The position numbers and the translations under genes were made by a program. The notes beneath the pieces are model-generated. The model saw nothing but the letters and a program-made list of their open reading frames with translations. It was not told the origin of the DNA and ran no database searches. From positions 1 through 37,898 of the IMG/VR virus record IMGVR_UViG_3300033486_000005: 37,898 bases of DNA; one strand, written 5' to 3'. Source of the stretch: a virus (taxonomy: Duplodnaviria; Caudoviricetes). This document shows, in pieces, positions 8,817-16,855 of this stretch (position 1 is its first letter; the number at the start of each line of letters is the position of its first letter).

Positions 8817-10067
8817 ATGCTACGACGAACAAGCTCTACCGCCTTCGGCACCTCATTCATCCCTAACTTCGAGATTTTGTCGACCAACGTTCAGGCCGCC
8901 ATCCTCGAAGCTTTGGCTTTGGCTCGTACATACGCAGATCAAGTGGCTTCCGGGCTCGATCCCAAAGAGGCGGTCAAAGTCGCCACCGACGCCCCGCTAC
9001 CCGGCACGATCTCGTACGCGACACTAAACGAGATCAACTCGGATGCAGCCTTAGGCGTCATCGATGGCTCATATACCCCGTTAGACAACGATCGCATCCT
9101 AGTCAAAAATCAGGCGGCCAACCAGTATAACGGCATCTATGTGGTTAATAGAGCGGCAGCCCCGTTCAAATTGACTCGTAGCTCGGATGCAGACAACCTT
9201 CCTATTCCCAGCCACGAAGTCACCTCGGGCATGTATACGATTGCCGTTTATGGCGCCCACGGTGCTACTGGTTGGGTGCTTCTGGCAAGCGACCCAATTA
9301 CGATTAACGTAACCCCGCTCCCGTTCGGCATTTTGTGTATGGCGGATGCAGCGTCCGTGACTTTTACTCCATACGGAAACATCGCGGCTACTACAGTCCA
9401 AACCGCACTTCAGGAGCTCGACGACGAGAAGGTCATCGCCAACGCGGCAATTGTCGCCGGGACCAACACCAAAATCACGTATGACACCAAGGGGCTAGTA
9501 ACTTCCGGCGCCGCAGCAACTACGGCAGATATCGCCGACTCTACCGACAGGCGTTATTGCACCGACGCCCAAAAGGTGGTCATTGGAAATACGTCTAACA
9601 CCAACACTGGCGACGTCACCATCGGCGCTTTTGGTTCGACACCAGATGCGGCTGGTATCAGCCGAGTTAATCAGGTTCTCACTGCCCAACCCGCCGACGC
9701 GACACACCCCGGCATGCTGTCGATTGCAGCCCAGACGTTCGCCGGGGCCAAACGATGTAGTGTGACAGCGCTGACTTCTACCGCCGCCACCATCGCCGTA
9801 GATTTGGCACTCAATAACGATTTCTCGCATACTACTTCAGAGAACACCACTCTAGCGGCTCCGACGAACGTGGTGGTCAGCCAAAAGGGCAAGTTCGTCA
9901 TTACCCAAGGTGCAACACCCAGGACTTTGGCGTTCAACGCGTTTTACAAATTCGCCAACGGCATTGTTCCAGCCTTGACCCCCGCCATCGGCGCTGTAGA
10001 CGTCCTATATTACGACGTGTGTTCGCCCACTTGGGCCCTGTGCTCTCTCAGCCCGGATGTGAAATAA
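8817..10067 (+). CDS. Fibre/decoration structural protein
   Basis: DRILVKNQ..NGIYVV..LTRSSDAD module common in phage structural proteins; KITYDTKGLVT fibre repeat; C-terminal ITQG..RTL.F...F..P.LT...AVDVL domain. Confidence 0.6.
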   Translation: MLRRTSSTAFGTSFIPNFEILSTNVQAAILEALALARTYADQVASGLDPKEAVKVATDAPLPGTISYATLNEINSDAALGVIDGSYTPLDNDRILVKNQAANQYNGIYVVNRAAAPFKLTRSSDADNLPIPSHEVTSGMYTIAVYGAHGATGWVLLASDPITINVTPLPFGILCMADAASVTFTPYGNIAATTVQTALQELDDEKVIANAAIVAGTNTKITYDTKGLVTSGAAATTADIADSTDRRYCTDAQKVVIGNTSNTNTGDVTIGAFGSTPDAAGISRVNQVLTAQPADATHPGMLSIAAQTFAGAKRCSVTALTSTAATIAVDLALNNDFSHTTSENTTLAAPTNVVVSQKGKFVITQGATPRTLAFNAFYKFANGIVPALTPAIGAVDVLYYDVCSPTWALCSLSPDVK

Positions 10068-10068
10068 C

Positions 10069-13000
10069 ATGTTCTCATCTCCTCCGTTGAATGGTCAATC
10101 TTCGCTATACACCGGACTCAAGCATTACTGGGATCTGAACGGTAACTCCCGCGATCAATTCACGACGCGACAACCTAGCACAGACACGGCAGTCGGCTAT
10201 TTGCCCAAAATCGGGACCAAGTGCGCATCTATAACTCCAACAACTGGTGTAATTACTACTGCCGTTAATGGACCTACAGGGAATGCTGCCAGATCGATGT
10301 CGTGTTGGTTTATGCAGCCAGCGACAGCTAGCCACACACTAATGGGATATGGCACCGGCGTGCTAACCGGATTTGATGTGTTGGTATATTCCGGAACTTT
10401 ACGCATCCACATCAGTGGCGACAGTTGGGGCGGGTTGGCTCCTACACCAGGTGTATGGAACCACGCCGTAGTAACACATGATGGAGTACAAACACAAGAA
10501 ATTTATCTTAACGGTGTTAAGGGCACCTCTTTCACCACCCATACGCTAAACACAGCCAGTGGGATAATTAAGTTGGGGGCAGGGGCGTATGCTAACTACC
10601 AGTCGGGAGATCTATACCTAGACGATACATGCATGTGGAACCGGGCGTTGACGGCGGGCGAAGTGGCCAGCTTATACAACTCAGGGTCAGGTATTGAAAC
10701 GCTTACGGGAAGCTTGACGACCGGGTTGTTGCACCAATGGCACCTGAACGGGAACTCGGTCGACTCGGTTGACGGTTCTGGCAACGGGACCGACACGGCG
10801 GTTGGATATGCCCCCAAACTCGGTTCGGGTTGTGCTGGGTTTAACGGAACGACTTCAAAAAGCACCCTGCCTTCGAACTTTTCGTTAGCGAATGGATACA
10901 GCGTCTCTGCTTGGGTCTTAACTAGCAACGCCAGCACCAGTATAGCTGGTGGTGGATATAACGGTATTTTCGGTTCCACCAACGCCTCCAACTGCCTTAG
11001 TGTAGATGGTAAGAAAGCCACGTATTGCGCTTATTATTCTGGAGCGTATCACGCCCTACAAGGCACAGCCGATATTAACGACAATGCGTGGCACCATGTT
11101 GTCATTACACACATACCAGACGGGACGGCTTATTTGTATGTCGATGGCGGGACTCCGGTAACAGCGAATCTGACCTACAACACTGTGCAATTCGCTATAG
11201 GGCGCTTGGGTTTGTCGTACCAGGGGTATATGCACGGCCTCATTGACCAAACTTTGACGTATGACAGAGCGTTGACGTCAGATGAGGTTGCATCGCTATA
11301 CAACTCAGGTAACGGCACCACGACTCTCACGGGTTCGCTCCAAAACGGATTGATCCACCGATTCAACCTCGATGGGAATTCATATGACATCTCCGCGGGT
11401 AATGGCTCTGATACCGCCATGTCTTTCCCTCGCCCGAAACTAGGTTCAGGTTGCGCTGTATTTGATGGATCGTCATCCAACATCGCGACGACTTTGACCA
11501 CACCTACTGGAGCGGCTGCTAGGACGTTTAGCTTTTGGTTCAACTCGCTTCAGATCGTAAACCGCACGATGCTGGGCTATGGCTCGTATGGATACGGTCA
11601 GCAATTCTCAGTCAAGATGGTCGCTGGGTCCGTTTACATCGATGTCTATGGTGCCCAATACCTCATTGGTGCCAGCACAGCCAACACATGGCACCAAGTA
11701 ACCGTCACATATGACGGCACGACTCTGAGAGGTTACCTCGATAACGTAGCCAACACACCCGTTACCGTCGCTTTGAACACCGGTGTGACTTACCCCCTGA
11801 GATTCGGCTACTTCGCGACCCCGCCGAGTTGGCAGGGCTGTATCGATGCGGCTTTCATCTGGAACAGAGCTTTGACGGCAGGTGAAGTTGCTACCGTTTG
11901 GAATTCGGGAGCCGGCATCGAATCACCAACCGGCTCGATTCTGACCGGGTTGCTGCACCATTGGCACTTCAACTCATCTTCCCGTGATTGGGTTGATGGT
12001 TCAGGCGACGGCGTTGACACTGGGATTTCGTACGACCCATCACTCGGAGCAGCAATGTATCATGCCATACCTTCGATGACATCGAAGCGTCAATTCCACA
12101 CGGCCACGAGACTGGCTGATGGCAAGGTCCTAGTCGCAGGAGGTGCGGTGACAGCGGCATCCGGTGTCCAATACGCGTCTTTCAACGGGTCGACTTCGTT
12201 AATCCAGACGTCCATTTTTGGTCCGTTGTATGACCTAGGCCGAACGGTAAATGTATGGTTCAAACAGCCTACCGCAGCCAATGAGATGATTTTGGGCTAC
12301 GGCAGTGCCGTGAACGACGGTGGTTTCCAGGTATGTCTTAGCGGCGGACAAATCGCCGTCGACATCTACGGTACAACCTACCAGTTCGGCATTTCATTGG
12401 TAAACACGTGGCACCAATTCGTTGCGACATATGACGGCACGACTCTGAGAGGTTACCTCGATGGAGCCGAAGGGACCCCAGTCGTCAAGGCGTTGAACAC
12501 AGACAACGCCAACGCCCTGAGAATCGGTTGGAGTTACACGGGCAACCACTTCACCGGCTCAATCGATGAGATCGGAATGTGGTCTCGAGCATTGACGTAC
12601 GAAGAAGTCGCGATACTGTATAACAATGGTGCCGGCATCATCACCTATATCGGATCGTTGGCCACCGGTTTGTTACATCACTGGCATCTCGACACTGACA
12701 GTGTAGATATCGTAGATGGTTCTGGTAACGGGACCGACACCGATGTGACCTACCTCGGTTCGCCTGTTCTCGCTACGTGTGAAGTCTATGATCCGGCGTT
12801 GGCAACTTGGACGGACACCGGTCCGATGGCGCAAGGGCGCTACAGCCATACAGCCGAGTTGTTGTCTTCCGGCAAGGTTTTGGTTGTCGGCGGAACCGAA
12901 GGAACGACCTACCTGGCTACGTGTGAGCTCTACGATCCCACGGCAGGAACTTGGGCTTCGACCGGGTCTTTGGCGACGGCTAGGATTACAGCGACGACAG

Positions 13001-14133
13001 CACTAGCTTCCGGTTCGATTCTAGCAGCCGGTGGACAGGGTTTGGCCGGTGGATTGGCCACGTGTGAAATCTACGATCCGACGGCAGCGACTTGGTCTTC
13101 TACTGGGTCGATGGGGACTGCTAGGTATTACCATGCGATCACCACCATGGCAGACGGCAAGGTCTTGGCCACCGGTGGCAGGTTCCCAACAATGGCGACC
13201 GCCGAAGTTTACGATCCAACTGCTACCACTTGGAGCCCGGTAGGCTCAATGGCGTCGGCCAGGTATTACCACACGTCTACGTTGCTGGCTTCGGGCAAAG
13301 TCTTGATCGCCGATGGTTACGTTGGCGGAGTCAATGCAGAACTATACGACCCCACGACAACCACGTTTAGCAACACAGGCAGACTCGGAGCGGTTCGAAA
13401 TCGAGGTGTAGCCACGTTGCTTTCTACCGGCGGAGTCCTCATAACCGGTGGAATCGCAGTTTCGACGAGTGAGATTTACACCCAATCCACAAATGGCTGG
13501 AAGATGACTGAGCCGATGTCTACGGCACGTTATGGACACACTGCTACACTGTTGACCAACGGAACGGTCCTGGTCGCTGGTGGGTATTTTGGTTCGGCAT
13601 TGTCGGCATGCGAATTGTATTCACCGGGTGCAAGTGCTCTTACCGGACCGTACGCGACTTTTAACGGGTCGACGTCGCTGATCACGACTAGCCTCCTAGG
13701 GCCTTCTGGCGCGGCACCGAGGTCGCTCTCTCTGTGGCTCAAGCCGAGCGCTACGCAGACCAAACGTGTATGCGGTTATGGAACGGCAACGGCAGGCGGC
13801 GCATTCCAGGTCTATTTGACTGGCGGAAACATCTACGTTGATATCCATGGAACTACCTATGCATTTGGGGCTATCTCGGCCGCCGTATGGCATCACTTCG
13901 CAACCACCTACGACGGGGCTACGTTGCGCGGTTACCTCGATGGCGTTGCAGGGACTCCGGTTACAGTGACATTGACTACTGCCGCAACGGGCGCACTCTT
14001 GATGGGTGGCGGTCCGAGCGGTACAGGGTATTCGGGATCCATCGATGAGTGTAAGTTGTGGACCCGAGCGCTGACTGCAGCCGAAATCACCCGCGATTAC
14101 AATACCGGCGTGGGCATGGTCCCGCCGTTCTAA
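10069..14133 (+). CDS. Large LamG/concanavalin-A-like + Kelch beta-propeller protein (putative receptor-binding/adhesin)
   Basis: Five LamG cores (WHHVV.T.DG...YLDG...RALT..EV) and seven Kelch repeats (R..HTATLL..GKVLV.GG...E.YDP). Confidence 0.8.
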   Translation: MFSSPPLNGQSSLYTGLKHYWDLNGNSRDQFTTRQPSTDTAVGYLPKIGTKCASITPTTGVITTAVNGPTGNAARSMSCWFMQPATASHTLMGYGTGVLTGFDVLVYSGTLRIHISGDSWGGLAPTPGVWNHAVVTHDGVQTQEIYLNGVKGTSFTTHTLNTASGIIKLGAGAYANYQSGDLYLDDTCMWNRALTAGEVASLYNSGSGIETLTGSLTTGLLHQWHLNGNSVDSVDGSGNGTDTAVGYAPKLGSGCAGFNGTTSKSTLPSNFSLANGYSVSAWVLTSNASTSIAGGGYNGIFGSTNASNCLSVDGKKATYCAYYSGAYHALQGTADINDNAWHHVVITHIPDGTAYLYVDGGTPVTANLTYNTVQFAIGRLGLSYQGYMHGLIDQTLTYDRALTSDEVASLYNSGNGTTTLTGSLQNGLIHRFNLDGNSYDISAGNGSDTAMSFPRPKLGSGCAVFDGSSSNIATTLTTPTGAAARTFSFWFNSLQIVNRTMLGYGSYGYGQQFSVKMVAGSVYIDVYGAQYLIGASTANTWHQVTVTYDGTTLRGYLDNVANTPVTVALNTGVTYPLRFGYFATPPSWQGCIDAAFIWNRALTAGEVATVWNSGAGIESPTGSILTGLLHHWHFNSSSRDWVDGSGDGVDTGISYDPSLGAAMYHAIPSMTSKRQFHTATRLADGKVLVAGGAVTAASGVQYASFNGSTSLIQTSIFGPLYDLGRTVNVWFKQPTAANEMILGYGSAVNDGGFQVCLSGGQIAVDIYGTTYQFGISLVNTWHQFVATYDGTTLRGYLDGAEGTPVVKALNTDNANALRIGWSYTGNHFTGSIDEIGMWSRALTYEEVAILYNNGAGIITYIGSLATGLLHHWHLDTDSVDIVDGSGNGTDTDVTYLGSPVLATCEVYDPALATWTDTGPMAQGRYSHTAELLSSGKVLVVGGTEGTTYLATCELYDPTAGTWASTGSLATARITATTALASGSILAAGGQGLAGGLATCEIYDPTAATWSSTGSMGTARYYHAITTMADGKVLATGGRFPTMATAEVYDPTATTWSPVGSMASARYYHTSTLLASGKVLIADGYVGGVNAELYDPTTTTFSNTGRLGAVRNRGVATLLSTGGVLITGGIAVSTSEIYTQSTNGWKMTEPMSTARYGHTATLLTNGTVLVAGGYFGSALSACELYSPGASALTGPYATFNGSTSLITTSLLGPSGAAPRSLSLWLKPSATQTKRVCGYGTATAGGAFQVYLTGGNIYVDIHGTTYAFGAISAAVWHHFATTYDGATLRGYLDGVAGTPVTVTLTTAATGALLMGGGPSGTGYSGSIDECKLWTRALTAAEITRDYNTGVGMVPPF

Positions 14134-14139
14134 TCGAAG

Positions 14140-14146
14140 CAATCTA
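14140..14146 (+). promoter_or_regulatory. Variant late promoter motif CAATCTA
   Basis: One mismatch to consensus, intergenic before 14173. Confidence 0.4.
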
Positions 14147-14172
14147 TTACTCAGTCTACCTAGGAGTCTATC

Positions 14173-14580
14173 TTGAATTCAGGCACCACCTTTTCGCTCC
14201 TACAGAATCTTACAGGTTCAGCCCCCACGCTTGCTACGGAAGGCCAGCCTCTTAAGGGATTATCGGCAGTCACTCCGATGGTCGAGGTGACCACTCCGGC
14301 CACACAAACGTTGGCCGGAGCCGGAACGCTGCAGTGCTGGCTGTGGGATCCCATGACAGAAACGCCCGCAGGCGGACTGACCACTGGAAGTTGGACGCGT
14401 TGCCCTTCACTCGATATGGCCGTGAGCACCTCTGGTGTTCCGCGACAAGCGTGGGAAGCTCTACAGGTCATTGGACCGCGTCAAGCTCGGGTACTGTGGG
14501 TACCTAACGGAGTTACCGTCAGTGCCGGCACGCAAGTTCGAGTGTATCAACTCGGCTACTCGCCTACCGAGACATACTAA
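14173..14580 (+). CDS. Hypothetical virion protein
   Basis: TTG start with AGGAG RBS; abuts 14581. Confidence 0.6.
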   Translation: MNSGTTFSLLQNLTGSAPTLATEGQPLKGLSAVTPMVEVTTPATQTLAGAGTLQCWLWDPMTETPAGGLTTGSWTRCPSLDMAVSTSGVPRQAWEALQVIGPRQARVLWVPNGVTVSAGTQVRVYQLGYSPTETY

Positions 14581-15441
14581 ATGTCTGAGTGTGTCGGCAT
14601 TTTCCAGGCCGATATCATCCTCCGTACTGCCATTATGGAGGGGATCCGAGATCTACGCAAGAACCCTTGGTTACTTGACTTCGCTTTCGCGAGCTTGAAG
14701 TACGACGCGCTCACCCAAAAAGTCTACGGCCAAAAAGAGATTCAGAAAGCCAAGGACTGGTTTCTCAAAACAGAATTCCCGGTCGCGATGCGGCCGATTT
14801 TGGACGAAGCTAAGAACCCGTTGATTTCCATCCAGCTTCTCCAGTCATCCGAGTCGGAGATGACTCTCGGGGACATCCATTATGAGCCGCAGGAAGACTA
14901 CGATCAGGACTGGCCAGCGCTAACACCCCAGTTCACTCCGGTCTATGACGCGTCGACTGGGATTTGCACTGTGAGTCTCCCCGTCATTTTGACTGAAGGG
15001 ATGCTTCTTATAGACTCCACCGGGGCGTCGCATGAGATCCTTGAAGTCCTCGGCGATGGGTTCAGAATCGCCGCTGGCACTGTAGCGAACTTCCGCAACG
15101 CCGTCATCAAAGGCACTCGCCCGGCGTACGATCTCAACTTAGAGTCGGTTGTTTACAAGGAAGTTTACAGAATCGGCGTTCACACAGCCGGAGAGCAAGT
15201 GACCCTCACGTGGCTGCATTCCATTGTCAAGTTCATCTTGCTGCGCTACAAAGAGACCTTACTTGAGGCTCGTGGTTTGGAGCGCACGGTGTTTTCCAGC
15301 GCAGATTTCGACCGTGACCAAGAGATCGAAGAAATCGCCTTCGCAAGGTACATCACTCTCACGGGCTACGTGAGAGAAGTTTGGCCGAAGGCTGTCAGTC
15401 AGAAACTTGAATTCTTTGATGTGTCGGCTGAGGAACTATGA
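14581..15441 (+). CDS. Putative tail completion/terminator protein
   Basis: Position upstream of sheath; acidic, beta-rich; function inferred from synteny only. Confidence 0.4.
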   Translation: MSECVGIFQADIILRTAIMEGIRDLRKNPWLLDFAFASLKYDALTQKVYGQKEIQKAKDWFLKTEFPVAMRPILDEAKNPLISIQLLQSSESEMTLGDIHYEPQEDYDQDWPALTPQFTPVYDASTGICTVSLPVILTEGMLLIDSTGASHEILEVLGDGFRIAAGTVANFRNAVIKGTRPAYDLNLESVVYKEVYRIGVHTAGEQVTLTWLHSIVKFILLRYKETLLEARGLERTVFSSADFDRDQEIEEIAFARYITLTGYVREVWPKAVSQKLEFFDVSAEEL

Positions 15442-15713
15442 ACGAATACACCCCAGAGCAAGCCGCGGCACTTCTGAAGTCCACCGTCAAGCGCGTCATG
15501 AAGATTTGGAAGGCCCCGACTGTAGGCGAGATGATCAAAAAGCTCCAAGCCCTTCCACAAGACCTGCCGGTCCATGTGGGAAGTGCCTGTGTGTATCCAT
15601 CTGGAACTCCGAAGTTGTCGCCTCTTTGGTTGGAAAAAGATAAAGACGGCCGACCTGACTTCACAAAACCAGCTACGGCGGCCGTTACCATCGTGGCTGC
15701 AGACGCGGAGTGA
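15438..15713 (+). CDS. Hypothetical protein with YTP...LLKS leader
   Basis: GAGGA RBS, ATGA overlap; TVGEMIKKLQALPQDLPV motif. Confidence 0.6.
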   Translation: MNEYTPEQAAALLKSTVKRVMKIWKAPTVGEMIKKLQALPQDLPVHVGSACVYPSGTPKLSPLWLEKDKDGRPDFTKPATAAVTIVAADAE

Positions 15714-15720
15714 ACAGGCC

Positions 15721-15727
15721 CAATCTT
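15721..15727 (+). promoter_or_regulatory. Putative late promoter CAATCTT
   Basis: Intergenic, upstream of GGGAG RBS of 15757. Confidence 0.6.
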
Positions 15728-15756
15728 GCATACGTACCCTATTTCGGGAGCGTACT

Positions 15757-16833
15757 TTGCCAGATTATACCCCCAGTGAAGCCGTAGCATTTTTGAAGTC
15801 GGCCACCCAGGAGCGCCTGGCTAAGTTCGAGCTAGACATTGCCGAGCTCCGAGCCAAGGAGCTTTCCAAGACTTGCAAGGCGATTTCGTGCACGCCTGAG
15901 CCACTAGTCAAGCCGCCCGTCAGCGAAGCACAGCGCGCCGCTATGGGTGCAGCGGCCAGCGGGAACTCCACGCTGGGCATCCCCAAGGACGTCGGCCAGG
16001 ATTACATCGAGTCCGACAAGGGTGGCAAGCTTCCAGCCAAGAAGAGCGAACTCGCGCCGAAACCTAAGCAGTCTCGTGAGCGCCGCACCGGCCGGTACGA
16101 CTACGAAGACTTTAGCCATGTATGCGCAAATTGTGGCTCCACACTTGCCACGCATGACGCGGAAGCCCCCCACGCCAACGACGACGAGTGTCGCGGACCG
16201 ACCTGTGAAGGATTCAAGCGCGCTAAAGTCAAGAAGTCTGAGCCAAGACCAGAAGAAACATCCGAGTCCGATCCCGACTACTGGACCCCAGTTGGCGATA
16301 TTCCGCCAAAGAAGTTGGCGGCTGCCTTTAGGGAGGTCATGCCGCCATCCAAAGTCGCGGTCAGTGTCGAAGGAAAACAAGTCCACCTCGAGCCAGCCAA
16401 CACGAAGACGAAGAAGTCCGAGCCGCCTACGGCAAAGCCTCCGAGCGGTAAGCTCCCCACCCCCACAGGCAATACCGTGCCCACTTCCAAGGCAGAAGAC
16501 ATGACCAAGACCGACCCAGGCACAGCCCAACACCAAGCTCGCCAACATTTGCTTGCCGATTCCAGCCGTCAAGCTCTCGCTCCTGCAGCCAAAGAGCCCC
16601 AAGCCAAGCTCCCCTCCGCACAAGAGAACGAAGCTCGCGCGAACATGTACCAAGACGCGATGGCTCAAGTCAAAGCACCGGCACCAGCCCCGTCTTTGTC
16701 TCCCGTCATGAAGCGCCGTGCAGCGCCGAAGCCGATGTCGACTGTCTCGGCTGGTCCAGTCCTTAATGCGGCTCGCCCTGCTCCGGCTAAGCCTGGAATT
16801 TTCGGGCGCTTGCAACATTTGATGGGTAGCTAA
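15757..16833 (+). CDS. Low-complexity modular protein, putative head-internal protein
   Basis: TTG start after GGGAG; repeated KKSE/SKAE motifs; SEAQRAAMGAAASG..GIP module; CxxC..H..C..C segment. Confidence 0.55.
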   Translation: MPDYTPSEAVAFLKSATQERLAKFELDIAELRAKELSKTCKAISCTPEPLVKPPVSEAQRAAMGAAASGNSTLGIPKDVGQDYIESDKGGKLPAKKSELAPKPKQSRERRTGRYDYEDFSHVCANCGSTLATHDAEAPHANDDECRGPTCEGFKRAKVKKSEPRPEETSESDPDYWTPVGDIPPKKLAAAFREVMPPSKVAVSVEGKQVHLEPANTKTKKSEPPTAKPPSGKLPTPTGNTVPTSKAEDMTKTDPGTAQHQARQHLLADSSRQALAPAAKEPQAKLPSAQENEARANMYQDAMAQVKAPAPAPSLSPVMKRRAAPKPMSTVSAGPVLNAARPAPAKPGIFGRLQHLMGS

Positions 16834-16855
16834 CACAAACATTAGGAGAATTAAT

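Noticed and set aside
10095-10102. Intragenic CAATCTT copies (also near 30045)
   Set aside because: Inside coding sequence and not upstream of a plus-strand start; a few chance 7-mers are expected in 38 kb
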